A DNA stretch of 64,000 bases, from the NCBI GenBank assembly GCA_965206365.1, contig CBDBJL010000004.1, positions 141,144 to 205,143 on the forward strand, given 5' to 3'. This DNA is from Alphaproteobacteria bacterium. GTDB taxonomy: Bacteria > Pseudomonadota > Alphaproteobacteria > JABAAW01 > JAHZMA01. A program made the translations under genes and the position numbers. Positions 10,801 through 20,859 of the stretch are shown piece after piece; position 1 is the stretch's first letter; each line of letters begins with the position of its first letter. Under the pieces are notes generated by a model. That model was not told the origin of the DNA. It made no database searches and was given only the letters and a program-made list of their open reading frames with translations.

Positions 10801-10885
10801 GATAATCATACCCAAGTTGATCTTTGAACAACTTAACGATGCGGTTTTGCGTAACGCGCTCTATGGCTCCAACTTTACTCATCAT
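7799..10885 (-). CDS. hsdR: type I restriction enzyme R subunit
   Basis: SF2 helicase motifs (GSGKSLTMVWL, DECHRTQSG) and HsdR N-terminal region; ORF is open to 11002 but the likely start is MMSKVG at about 10885, overlapping the dinD stop. Confidence 0.9.
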   Translation of the reverse strand: MMSKVGAIERVTQNRIVKLFKDQLGYDYLGDRKDRENKNIEPSLLKAFLQKQGYSDKLIERALHELDQAAALGDGRSLYDANKDVYRLLRYGIKVKEGAGEQNQTVWLINWTEPEKNDFAIAEEVTVKGNNTKRPDVVLYLNGIAIGVVELKRSIIGLTEGIRQNLLNQRKDFIRPFFTTMQLVMAGNDTQGLRYGTIETSEKYYLEWKEDGGIGDYKLDRHLSIMCEKHRLLELIHDFIVFDAGVKKTCRQNQYFGIKEAQDHIRRRQGGIIWHTQGSGKSLTMVWLTKWIRENVKDSRVLIITDRTELDEQIEKVYRGVDEDIYRTTSGSDLVHTLNGTDQWLMCSLVHKFGGSDNDELSDEDVDKFLAEIQKNMMSNFEAKGDIYVFVDECHRTQSGKLHTAMKKILPNALFIGFTGTPLLKDDKQTSLEVFGPYIHTYKFDEAVKDGVVLDLRYEARDIDQNITSQDKIDLWFEAKTKGLNDFARAQLKKKWGTMQKVLSSQSRLENIVADILLDMETRDRLADGRGNAILVSGSIYQACKFFELFDKTDLSGKCAIVTSYKPSPQDIKNEESGAGYTERLHQYDIYRKMLANFFDEPADQAVNRADEFEKKVKEKFVDEPGQMRLLIVVDKLLTGFDAPSATYLYIDKKMQDHGLFQAICRVNRLDGEDKEYGYIIDYKDLFNSLESSIQDYTCGAFDKYDKEDVAGLLEDRLIKARERLDETRETVKALCENVGTPKDTAAYIQYFCALDTSDKDALKDNEPRRLALYKESGSFIRAYAALANEMADAGYSPEEIEEIKAEVQHYESVRTEVKMASGDYIDMKVYEPSMRHLIDSYIRAEESQKISAFDDLSLIQLIVERGEDAIKELPEGIRNNEEAIAETIENNIRKVIIDEQPVNPKYYEKMSELLDALIQERKDQALKYKDYLKKIIDLSGKVSRPETNSSYPKSLNSAAKRALYDNLGKDENLAIEVDKIVRATKKDGFRGNRFKEREIELAIRSVLSVTDYDAKQILELVKNQSEY

Positions 10886-11726
10886 TACTGTCCAAACTGT
10901 CTGGTGATTTAAGTGCTTTCTTCTCCTGCGAGGCAATACGACGCTCAAGCTTCTTGATATCTTCTGCAGGTGGTAAGGATTCTGGCCGGATACCACGTTC
11001 AATCAAAGTCTTACGAACAGCCTGATTATTGGTGACATGCTCACCGGATATCTGTGCTTCGGTACTCATATTATTTTCACGGGCGTTATGGATGGTAATT
11101 TCCGTCGCAAAGTCTTTCGCTTTTAGGATAATGGTTGACGCAAAATCGGCCAGTGGGCGACTATTAGGCACTTTCCACTGCGCCTTCATCTGCTGGGTGC
11201 TTTTGCCACACAACGCTTGGTCCCCCTTGCTGCGAATAATACCGAAATTGCGATCTTGACCTGTTTGCTCGTATATCACCTCTGATAGCTCTTTTTCTGT
11301 TTGGGTCAGCTTTTTGCGCGCAGAAAGACGCTCTTGTTCCAGAATGCGCTGCTCAATCAGCTCAGCCCTGCGGGTTTGCATGGCAAAATAGGTCTGAGCA
11401 AAGGCTATCTGTTCTTTTCTTGGGTCGCCGTTCTGAGCAATGAGATAGCAAGCGTAACGGGTAAGCATAACATCATCTATCTCTCGCTTACCGCCGGAAC
11501 CAAGATCGACCATTTTGCCGACGTCAGCAAAATGGTCAGAGACCTCATGCCCGCTGACCTCACAGGCCACTTTGGCCTTCGAGATCACCTGAGCAAAGTT
11601 TCGCCACTGGTCATATCCCAGAAGATGCTGCAAATCACGGGCAAGCCAGTATTCCACTTCACCCTCAGTTTGCTGGGCATGAAGCTCAAAATTATCTGTT
11701 AGTGTGGTAATGAGCTCTTTTTTCAT
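10875..11726 (-). CDS. dinD: DNA-damage-inducible protein D-like (Bro-N domain)
   Basis: Matches DinD from recalled sequence (EYWLARDL..L.Y..WRNF..V..A...C..SGH..SDHF....KMV.LGSG..RE..DV.L.RYACYL..QNGDP); inserted between hsdS and hsdR. Confidence 0.7.
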   Translation of the reverse strand: MKKELITTLTDNFELHAQQTEGEVEYWLARDLQHLLGYDQWRNFAQVISKAKVACEVSGHEVSDHFADVGKMVDLGSGGKREIDDVMLTRYACYLIAQNGDPRKEQIAFAQTYFAMQTRRAELIEQRILEQERLSARKKLTQTEKELSEVIYEQTGQDRNFGIIRSKGDQALCGKSTQQMKAQWKVPNSRPLADFASTIILKAKDFATEITIHNARENNMSTEAQISGEHVTNNQAVRKTLIERGIRPESLPPAEDIKKLERRIASQEKKALKSPDSLDSNDE

Positions 11727-13034
11727 GCCGCCTCCTGCTTTTTGTCGGTTTTGGTTAATCGTGTTTTGCCTGTCAAAAGCTCCTGCATCATGCCTGTCTT
11801 GAGGCTGAGGGCCTTGGCAAGGCGCTGCTCAAGCGCGTCAATTTCAGCATCCATGTCAGACAAGATATTAGAAATCGCGGTTTGCTCATCTTTATCAGGA
11901 AACTTGAATTCCATTGATTCAACTGATTTTGGTGTCAAATTATTAATGCTGGAACCAGCTAAAAGGACATCAATTTGTTTTCTGCAATAATCTGAATTGA
12001 GAAGATAAAAAATAAATTTTGGAATGGATTTTTTAAGGTCGGTGCGAAAGCACCCCATAAAAGCGCCAAATGTAAATTTATTGCTCTTGTTGTCAGAAAA
12101 AATAGCGGATTTTCCAATTAATTTTTTACTTCCATTTGCCATACATATGACAATGTCATTTTCATTTAAATATTGCTCGGTTGATACACATCCCCTCTTT
12201 ACAAACTGAACATCTGAAAAGTTTACTCTTGCAAATTTAATATTGTTAGACCGCAATAAGTATGGCTGCGTCATTATTGTCAGATGCAAATAGATCTGTC
12301 GCTCCACTGTAACTCACACCGCGCAAACAACTGCCAAATTCACCTAATTGAAACTCTTTCCATTCTTCATCAAACCCCGGAAGGCGTTTTTTGCCTGTAA
12401 GGAGCTCTTGCATGGCGGCGGTTTTCATGTCGTGTTTTTTGACGATCAGCTTCTCAAGGCTTTTAATCAGTCCATCCACATCTGACAGTGCTGCCGCAAT
12501 CTGCTTTTGCTCTTCAGGCTTGGGAAGAGGCAATACTATGGATGAAAGCAGCCGTCCATTTGTTAACGCCCTAGTTGTATAGGTACTTTTGGAAGTTATC
12601 TGTTTTCTTACTTCATCAGAGGAAAAACAGTATTTGCAATAATCCTCTTCAATTGACTTGGATTTGGGGCGACCACGCAATACAAAGCCACTAAATACTG
12701 TTTCATTGCAATCGTCCAACATCACAGATGCAACACCAATATCTTCAACAGTTTCAGATGTCCGTGTAAAAAAAACATCTCCTTTTTTGACCGAAAAGTT
12801 TTGCTTTTCTTGAAACGTTACATCAACTTTTCCCTGAAGATTATTGAGCCTCAAGCCTGAAAAATTAAAAACGTCCATATAGTTAACAATAGGCGTTCCG
12901 TAACCAAAGAATTCTTTGGCTTTATTTAAACCATTCTTAAACTCAAAAAGATCACCAATTAGAGCTTCATCCCAATCCTCTGGGATAACGCCGATGTCTG
13001 TTTGTTTATATCCTGCCTTCATATCTGCCATCAC
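11723..13034 (-). pseudogene. hsdS: type I R-M specificity subunit, disrupted by a frameshift between 12246 and about 12330
   Basis: ORF 12246..13034 holds TRD1, the central conserved repeat and the start of TRD2; ORF 11723..12307 in another frame holds the rest of TRD2 and the C-terminal conserved region (LKTGMMQELLTGKTRL). Confidence 0.7.
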
Positions 13035-15514
13035 CAGCTTAACCCCATCTTTTTCAAATGCTCTTCCACGCGGTCGGAGTAATCTGAAACCTGCTTGGTC
13101 AGTTCCGGCATGGGGTGGGCATAGCGTTCTTCAAGCTCTTTCACGCGGTTCGCCAAAACTTGCGTTACACGTTCCACCTCTGCCGCTACATCTGCACTAA
13201 GGCGGTCAAACCATTTGTCGATGACAACCAATTCCTTAATCTCGTCAACATCAAGTTTGGCGTAATGCGATACGGTTTTCTTATCGAGTTCGAGCTGCTG
13301 CACCTTTATCTTCGAGGCCAGCGCACTTTCTTGATCCAGCAGTTTCTGCGCTTGTTTCAGGACGACCATTTCATCCTCAAGGTCTTCATCGCCTTTAATT
13401 TCTTTCATACGATCCTTGAGGCTGGTTTTCGTAAGCTTGCCTTTATCATTTTTCGCATCTTCCAGCAGACCTTCTTCGCCACTGTGCTCTTCGGTCAGCT
13501 CTTCAATTTCCCCTGCAACGGTCTCACGCTGTGCTTCAAGCCCATCAATGGCCTGCTTCTCATCCGCAAAATAGCGCTGCACAATTAAGGCAGGTGGGAT
13601 CAGCTCAGCTTTGAATTTTTGAGCCTTTTTGCCTGTGCCGACAACGATGTCTGGTGTTTCTTTGACTTTTTTGTCCTTGTCTTTTTCATCAATGATCAAG
13701 CGTATTTGCGCTGCGTCTTTCCAACCTTCACCGGAGATTTGATAAACATCATCCTGCATGACCTCAGACCAGTAATTCATTAAATGCTGGTACACATCGT
13801 ATTTATCGATCAGTGGAATATTTGAGAAAGTGGAAAGCAAGTCCTCTGAAATTTCCCAGATCACATCCTTTGGCTTGCAGTCTTGTTCGAGTGATTTTAG
13901 ATATGGCTCGTACTTATCTTTCCAACCTGTCAGGGTTTCTTCGGCCTTTTTGGCATATGCCTGATATTCAGCTGAATCCAGTATGGTGGATTTGACTTGA
14001 TCGCTTGGCACGCGGGCAATGAGATAATCTGGGCTGCCATTTTGTTTGAAGAGTGCTTCGCGGGTTGCTGTAAATACATTCCAGTAACGCTGGAGTTCAT
14101 CAACATCACGTTTTGGAATGCCACCCTTTAAATGCGCTGTTAGATCATGGATGTCCGCTTCATCACCGCTATCAATATAGCGCGGCAGATTAAGGTTATA
14201 GTCATTTTTCGGATCTGATATTTCGGAGACAGGTACCAAGCGGGAGAAGCCTTCGATTTCTAACCCCTTATTGAAAACATCAACAATTTTGTGAATGTCT
14301 TGGGAGCGAAGGCGGTTCTTATTACCATCTTTGATAAAGCCCTTACTCGCATCAATCATAAAGATGCCTTTGCGGGACGCGGCATGTTCTTTGTCTAGCA
14401 CAATAATACAGGCTGGAATGCCTGTGCCGTAAAACAAGTTTGCGGGCAGGCCTATCACACCTTTGATATAACCACGCTTCACCACTTCTTTACGGATGGT
14501 GGCTTCCGCGTTCCCACGGAACAATACGCCGTGTGGAAGAATGACAGCGCCTTTACCAGTGCTTTTCAACGAACGGACAATGTGCAGCAAAAAGGCATAA
14601 TCGCCATTCTTCGATGGGGGCACGCCATAATCAAAACGGCCATATAAGTCGGTGATGGTCTTTTTCTTCTCGTCCTTGGCAAAACCGTTTTGCCATGATT
14701 TGGTTGAGAATGGAGGGTTGGCGACCACAAAATCAAATGTTTTCAGCTCAGATGCAGATGGTGCAAATGCTGGGGCAGATAGAGTGCTGCTCCCACCCGC
14801 TTCAATTTCAGCGGTCGGGTTGTCATGCAAGATCATGTTCATTTTTGCCAGCGCGGTAGTGGCAACATCTTTTTCCTGACCGTAAATAGACATACCACTT
14901 GGCGATTCATCAGCTGCTTTCAACAACAATGAGCCAGAGCCACATGTGGGGTCGTAAACTGTTTGGTCTTGGCGCGTTTCTTTACCGATGCCGATGACTT
15001 TGGCCATGATACGGGAAACTTCGGCAGGCGTATAAAACTGCCCTTTGCTTTTACCGCTTTCCGTTGCGAAGTGGCGCATCAGATATTCATAGGCATCCCC
15101 GAGGAGGTCGTCGCCTTCTGCGCGATTGCTACGGAAATCCAGATCATTAAAAATCGATACCAGCTTTGACAGCCGGTCCTGCATTTCCTTACCTTTGCCA
15201 AGTTTGTCTTCGTCATTGAAATCGGCAACATCAATCACACCCTTGAGACCATTGGCTTCGGCAAGTTTGCCGATGGCTTTGTTAATTTTATCACCGATCT
15301 CTTTATCGCCTTTGAGGGCAACCAAATCAGCGAAGCCACCGCCTTCTGGAATTTCAATCAATGAGTTTGGCTTGCCTGCGTATTTGTCAGACACATATTT
15401 TACGAAGAGCAATGTCAGTACATAGTCTTTGTACTGTGAGGCATCCATCCCGCCACGCAGTTCGTCGCAACTTTTCCAGAGTGAGCTGTATAACGCTGAT
15501 TTTTTAATTGCCAT
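13031..15514 (-). CDS. hsdM: type I R-M N6-adenine methyltransferase subunit, long form with coiled-coil C-terminal extension
   Basis: HsdM N-terminal region, NPPF catalytic motif (VVANPPFS) and an approx. 300-aa charged coiled-coil C-terminus; probable start is the internal Met (ORF open to 15547); ATGA overlap with hsdS. Confidence 0.9.
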   Translation of the reverse strand: MAIKKSALYSSLWKSCDELRGGMDASQYKDYVLTLLFVKYVSDKYAGKPNSLIEIPEGGGFADLVALKGDKEIGDKINKAIGKLAEANGLKGVIDVADFNDEDKLGKGKEMQDRLSKLVSIFNDLDFRSNRAEGDDLLGDAYEYLMRHFATESGKSKGQFYTPAEVSRIMAKVIGIGKETRQDQTVYDPTCGSGSLLLKAADESPSGMSIYGQEKDVATTALAKMNMILHDNPTAEIEAGGSSTLSAPAFAPSASELKTFDFVVANPPFSTKSWQNGFAKDEKKKTITDLYGRFDYGVPPSKNGDYAFLLHIVRSLKSTGKGAVILPHGVLFRGNAEATIRKEVVKRGYIKGVIGLPANLFYGTGIPACIIVLDKEHAASRKGIFMIDASKGFIKDGNKNRLRSQDIHKIVDVFNKGLEIEGFSRLVPVSEISDPKNDYNLNLPRYIDSGDEADIHDLTAHLKGGIPKRDVDELQRYWNVFTATREALFKQNGSPDYLIARVPSDQVKSTILDSAEYQAYAKKAEETLTGWKDKYEPYLKSLEQDCKPKDVIWEISEDLLSTFSNIPLIDKYDVYQHLMNYWSEVMQDDVYQISGEGWKDAAQIRLIIDEKDKDKKVKETPDIVVGTGKKAQKFKAELIPPALIVQRYFADEKQAIDGLEAQRETVAGEIEELTEEHSGEEGLLEDAKNDKGKLTKTSLKDRMKEIKGDEDLEDEMVVLKQAQKLLDQESALASKIKVQQLELDKKTVSHYAKLDVDEIKELVVIDKWFDRLSADVAAEVERVTQVLANRVKELEERYAHPMPELTKQVSDYSDRVEEHLKKMGLSW

Positions 15515-15704
15515 CGTTTTTGTCCTCGCCTTTTTGTTCTTGCTCACTGATCCAGCGGTCTACCTCGCTTTTGCGAAACCGCCACGCGCTTCCCACTTTG
15601 AAGCCCGGAACCTTGCCCTCAGATGCAAATCGATAGGCCGTCTTCTCAGCAATCTTGAGGTAATCGGCGAGTTCCTTCACGGTCATAATGTCATCATTAG
15701 TCAT
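15504..15704 (-). CDS. AlpA/excisionase-family HTH DNA-binding protein
   Basis: 66 aa with MerR/AlpA-like HTH (TVKELADYLKIAEKTAYRFASEGKVPGFKVGSAWRF); heads the hsdM operon. Confidence 0.65.
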   Translation of the reverse strand: MTNDDIMTVKELADYLKIAEKTAYRFASEGKVPGFKVGSAWRFRKSEVDRWISEQEQKGEDKNDGN

Positions 15705-15802
15705 ATTTTTTTGTCCCTTGAGGTATCATAGGATTGAAAATAGTGGAAATTGAGTGAACAATCAAGTAAGTTATCGAGGAAATCAAATTATAAGACAGGG
15801 TT

Positions 15803-16834
15803 ATGCAGCAATACGGTAACGATAAGATTCTCTACTCACCATCGGACTTGGTCACCTTTTTAGGGTGTCACCATGCGAGCTTCCTTGATGTGAAGGCGCT
15901 GAGTGAGAGCATGGATAAGGCCGAGGCCAGCACCACAGGCCAACTATTGCAGCAAAAAGGCTTGGAGCATGAGGCGGCGTATCTCCAACAACTCAAAGAC
16001 GAAGGTAAGTCCGTCGTTGAAATCCCCAAAGACCGCAATTTGCAAGACCGCGCCCAGCTCACATTAGAGGCCATGCAGTCCGGTGCGGATGTCATTTATC
16101 AGGCCGTATTCTTTGCCCCGCCATGGCGAGGAGATGCCGATTTTCTGATTAAGTGCACTACGCCGTCCGACTTGGGTGATTTCAGCTATGAGGTGCTGGA
16201 TACCAAACTGGCACAAACAGCTGAGCCCAAGCATATCATGCAGCTTTGTGTCTATTCTGAGCTGCTGACTTACCTTCAGGGATTGCGCCCAGCTGATATG
16301 CATTTGTTTCTGGGCGATCATGAAAAACACAGCTTCCGCGTGGCAGACTTTTTCTATTACTACACCCGCGCTAAAGGCCGCTTTGAAACCTATCTGAAAA
16401 GCATGCCAGCAGACTCATATCCTGAGCCTTGCGGTCATTGTAATTTCTGTCCATGGCGCGAGGGCTGCAAAGCGCAGTGGGAACAAGATGATCATTTAAG
16501 CCTTGTGGCCAACATCCAACGCTCACAGATGGATAAGCTGCGGAAAGCTGGCATCTGCACCGTTGCGGAGCTTGCTGCCACAGCGCCTGACACCAAAATT
16601 CCTGATTTGAGCCGTGATGTGTTTTTACGCCTGCGTTCACAAGCCGTCCTGCAACATCACAAAGCCACCACGGGTGAAAATAAATGCGAGATCATTCCGT
16701 TCCCGCCGGGCAAAGGCTTTACCCGTATGCCAGTGCCTGATGATGGTGATCTGTTCTTTGATATGGAGGGCGATCCGCTTTACCCAAATGGTTTGGAATA
16801 TTTGTTTGGGGTCTATTATCGGAACGCGCCGTAA
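15803..16834 (+). pseudogene. N-terminal fragment of a RecB/Cas4-like (TM0106-family) nuclease-helicase gene, interrupted by an IS
   Basis: PD-(D/E)xK RecB-like region with Cys cluster (CGHCNFCPWREGC); reading frame terminated by IS605-family end sequence. Confidence 0.7.
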
Positions 16835-16874
16835 AACCTCGTCCTTCAGGGCGGGGATATAAGGCGCAACCGCG

Positions 16875-17297
16875 CTAGCGCGGTTTTTTGTTGGCTCGCT
16901 GCGTTTCGACATATTTGCGGATAATATCGAGCGGCGCACCACCACATGAAGCGGCAAAATAAGACGGCGACCAAAGGACACCTTTGCGATACCTACCCGT
17001 AATTTCAGGGCGAAAGCTTCGCAAACGGCGACTGGATACACCCTTGAGACTGTTGACCAGCTTAGAGAGGGATATTTTGGGCGGATAATTGATAAGCAGA
17101 TGCACATGGTCGTCTTCCCCGTCACACTCGACGAGTTGCGCCTCAAAGTCGTTGCAGACCTTGGCAAAGATGTGCCGCAAGTCCTGTATAGCCAGTTCTG
17201 ACAGCACATCTCTGCGGTATTTGGTAATAAATACCAAGTGTACGTGTAGCGCAAAAACACAATGTCTGCCTGTGCGATATTCATTTGAGTTGTCCAT
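16875..17297 (-). CDS. tnpA: IS200/IS605 Y1 (HuH) transposase
   Basis: HVHLLI (HuH) and catalytic Tyr region; track ORF extends to 17354 but the family-typical start is MDNSNEYRTGRH. Confidence 0.8.
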   Translation of the reverse strand: MDNSNEYRTGRHCVFALHVHLVFITKYRRDVLSELAIQDLRHIFAKVCNDFEAQLVECDGEDDHVHLLINYPPKISLSKLVNSLKGVSSRRLRSFRPEITGRYRKGVLWSPSYFAASCGGAPLDIIRKYVETQRANKKPR

Positions 17298-17319
17298 AGA
17301 CCAATGGTAGAGTCGAGAT

Positions 17320-18489
17320 ATGCTAAAGGCAACCAAAGTCCGATTGTATCCCACTGTTGACCAGAGGAAGGCGTTTGCCTTTCAATTTGGCGCGATGCGG
17401 TGGGCGTATAATTTTACTTTGGGCTGGCGTAGCTCCGCTTGGAAAGAGCGCGGCGAAAGCATCAGCAAGCGCCAGACCTTGGACAAGCTCGTTGAACTGA
17501 AAGCCACGGAAGAAACAGGCTGGCTAAAGGAAGCCGATAGCCAAGCCTTGCAACAATCGGTGATGCATTTGGATGATGCCTTTAAGCGATTTTTTAGAAA
17601 ACAGGGCCGCTATCCCCGCTTTAAGAGCAAACACGGCAAACAAGCCATGTCCTACCCGCAACGGGTCAAAATTGTAAATGGTGTCAGTCTGTACTTGCCC
17701 AAAGTCGGCACGGTCAAAGCAGTTCTGCACCGTGAGATTGTAGGTAAGATTAAGACCGTCACCATCTCGCGCACTCAAACAGGTAAGTACTATGCGTCAA
17801 TCTTGTGTGATGATGGGCTGGAGGTTCCAGCCCTCTTAAAAACGATTGAAGCGGACGCGGTGACGGGTATTGATTTGGGCATAACGCATTTAGCGATTGC
17901 CAGCACGGGTGAAAAACAAAAGAACCCCCGTATTTTGAAACGTGCGGCGGCCAATTTGCGCCGCAAGCAAAAAACACTGTCACGAAAGAAGAAAGGGTCG
18001 GCAAACCGCAACAAGGCGCGTGTACTTGTTGCCAAGGCTCACGAAAGAACTGCCAACACGCGCAATGACTTTCAACATAAATTGTCAAAACGACTGGTTG
18101 ACGAAAATCAAGCAATCTGCGTGGAGACGTTGAAAGTCAAAAACATGCTCAAGAATAGGAAGCTTGCCAAACATATCGCTGACGCGGCATGGGGCGAATT
18201 GCTCCGAAAGCTGACCTACAAAACAGCTTGGTCAGGTAAGCACCTCGTGCAAATTGACCAGTGGTTTGCATCCAGTAAGACCTGTTCTGATTGCGGCACT
18301 AAGGTTGATGCTATGCCGCTGTCGGTGCGGCAATGGACGTGCCAGACCTGCGACCAAGAGCATGACCGCGATATTAACGCTGCCATCAATATTCGGCAAC
18401 AAGGTATCCTGAAACTAAAGGCGGAAGGGCTATCCGTCTCTGCTTGTGGAGGCTCGCGTAATTCTGGCACACTGCCAGTTGCAGCCTGA
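17320..18489 (+). CDS. tnpB: IS605 OrfB/TnpB RuvC-like RNA-guided endonuclease
   Basis: RuvC-like motifs and C-terminal zinc finger CSDCG...CQTCD; 389 aa. Confidence 0.85.
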   Translation: MLKATKVRLYPTVDQRKAFAFQFGAMRWAYNFTLGWRSSAWKERGESISKRQTLDKLVELKATEETGWLKEADSQALQQSVMHLDDAFKRFFRKQGRYPRFKSKHGKQAMSYPQRVKIVNGVSLYLPKVGTVKAVLHREIVGKIKTVTISRTQTGKYYASILCDDGLEVPALLKTIEADAVTGIDLGITHLAIASTGEKQKNPRILKRAAANLRRKQKTLSRKKKGSANRNKARVLVAKAHERTANTRNDFQHKLSKRLVDENQAICVETLKVKNMLKNRKLAKHIADAAWGELLRKLTYKTAWSGKHLVQIDQWFASSKTCSDCGTKVDAMPLSVRQWTCQTCDQEHDRDINAAINIRQQGILKLKAEGLSVSACGGSRNSGTLPVAA

Positions 18490-20854
18490 GAAACAAGAAG
18501 CCTCGTCCTTTAGGGCGAGGAGTAGTCACTTCAAAGATGGTAAGGAGCTATTCCTTCCGTTCTGGGCGCATGATCATGAAGAAGAGAAAGAAACCTTTAA
18601 GCGCTTCATGGGTTTTTTAACCGATCATCTGGCTGAACACCCGCATGCCCATATCTATCATTACAACCATTATGAAACCACAGCCCTGAAACGCTTGGCC
18701 TGCCGTTATGCTGTGTGTGAGGAGCAGCTGGATAATCTGCTCCGCAATCAAAAATTCATTGATCTGTATCTGGTGGTACGTGAAAGCATCCGCACCTCTG
18801 AGCCCGGCTATTCCATCAAGAACATGGAAACATTCTATATGGATAAGCGAGCCAACGCTGTGGCGACTGCTGCTGATAGCATCATCGTCTATAACGAATG
18901 GCGCGAAACGGGCGCGGATGAATTGCTACAGGAAATTTCTGATTATAACGAGGTGGACTGCGTTTCCACGCATTTGCTGCGCGATTGGCTTCTCACGCTT
19001 AAGCCGGAAGATGCCCCTTGGTTTAAGGGCTTGCCTGAATATGCTGAGGAAGAAGAGCTACAACGCAAGGACTGGGAAATCGAATATGAGGATTACCAAA
19101 CCCGTCTTGGTGTGACCGAGGATAATCCACCGCCGATCAATGAGCGGCTATCCCATCTGCTGGAGTTTCATAACCGTGAAGCCAAACCACAATGGTGGAG
19201 CAGCTTTGAACGGCAGAACAAGTTTGAAGATGAACTAATTGACGATACGGAGTGCCTCGGAGGCTTGCAGCAGGTGGGCAGCCCAGAACCTGAAAAACGC
19301 TCCCTGATTTACAGCTACCGCTTCCCATCGCAGGAATACAAGCTGAAGGTTGGCGCACAGGCCGTTGATATTGCCGTCATGGAAAATGTAGGCACGATTG
19401 TCGAGATTGATGAAGATGCCTGCATCGTCAAAATCAAGCGCGGGGCCAACAAAGAGCCATTGCCGGAAAGCCTCTCCATTGGCCCACCGGGGCCGATTGA
19501 CAGCAAGATCATCCGCTCAGCCATTTACCGCTATGCCGATCATGTGTTGGAAGTGCCGGAAGGTACTCACGCCGCGACCGAATTGCTGGCACGCAATGTT
19601 CCGCGCATACAGGGCAAACAATCAGGTGAAGCGGTCATCACCTCTGATGATCTGCAAAGCGATGCGCTGGAAGCCATTGCTGCGTTAGATAACAGCTATC
19701 TCTTCATCCAAGGCCCGCCGGGCGCGGGTAAAACCTACACCAGCAGTCATATCATTGTGGACTTGATCAAGCGGGGCAAGAAAATCGGTGTAACCTCCAA
19801 CTCGCACAAAGCCATTCATAACTTGCTCGAAAAAGTGGAAAGCGTTGCCGCTGAAAAAGGCGTGAACTTCCATGGCATTAAAAAAGCCAGTGGCGGGAAT
19901 GATGAAACCATCTTCGATGGGCGATTCATCCGCTCAGAAACCAAGACCGACAATATGAGCCTTGGCGCTGATCTGTTTGCGGGTACCGCATGGACATTTG
20001 CCAGCCCACACTTTGATGGTCAGCTTGATTATCTGTTCATTGATGAGGCCGGACAAGTCGCCACGGCCAATGTGGTGGCGATGGCCACGGCAACCAAGAA
20101 CCTTATTCTGGTCGCTGACCAGATGCAATTGGGCCAGCCCATACAAGGCACTCACCCGGGTGAAGCCGGATTATCAGTGCTGGAATTCTTGCTGGGCGAT
20201 CATTCCACCATCCCGGCTGAGCGGGGTATTTTCCTTGGCCAGACACGCCGCATGCGCCCAACTATCTGCCAGTTTATCTCGGATGCCTTTTATGATGGCC
20301 GCCTGACAGCCCATGAGAGCACTGCTGAGCGCAGCTTGAACCTGCAAGGTGTTGATCTGCCCAATGAGGGGATTGTCATGATCCCGGCAGAGCATGAAGG
20401 CTGCTCACAAAAAAGCATCGAGGAAGGCGAAATCATCAAAGCTAAATATGATGCCTTGCTTGGCCAAGAATTTATCGACCGTGATGGAACCACACGCTCG
20501 ATCACCGAAGATGATATTCTGGTGGTCACCCCATACAATGTGCAGGTCAATTACCTACGTTCCATCCTGCCGGACAATGCTAAGGTCGGAACCGTTGATA
20601 AGTTTCAAGGCCAAGAAGCGCCCATTGTGCTGATTTCCATGGTGACATCCAGTGCCGAAGACCTGCCGCGCAATATTGAGTTCCTCTACAGCAAAAACCG
20701 TCTGAATGTTGCCGTTTCACGCGCACAATGTTTGGCCTTAGTGGTCGCCAATCCCAAACTGCTGGAAATCCCATGCGGCACTGTGGAGCAGATGAGATTG
20801 GTCAACACATTCTGCTGGCTGGATGAGTATGCTGAATCTGTTACAAGTAAATAA
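18446..20854 (+). pseudogene. C-terminal fragment of the same nuclease-helicase gene (RNase-H-like exonuclease domain plus SF1 Upf1-like helicase)
   Basis: First approx. 30 codons are IS right-end sequence; the genuine gene resumes near 18530 (DGKELFLPFWAHDHEEE); Walker A GPPGAGKTYT and AAA_11/AAA_12-type helicase motifs. Confidence 0.7.
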
Positions 20855-20859
20855 GAACT

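Larger units (their letters stand above)
16835..18525 (+). mobile_element. IS200/IS605-family insertion sequence (divergent tnpA and tnpB)
   Basis: Subterminal imperfect hairpins cctcgtccttcagggcgggg (16841-16860) and cctcgtcctttagggcgagg (18493-18512); contains Y1 transposase and TnpB; splits the nuclease-helicase gene. Confidence 0.8.

Noticed and set aside
10886-11002. Extended 5' end of the hsdR ORF (7799..11002)
   Set aside because: Extension would overlap the dinD coding region by about 128 bp; the conserved HsdR N-terminus begins at the internal MMSKVG start.
16614-17354. Track ORFs 16614..16862(+), 16637..17332(-) and the long form of tnpA (to 17354)
   Set aside because: Overlap IS end sequences or tnpA in other frames; the IS200-family consensus start (M..YR...H) supports the shorter tnpA beginning at 17297.
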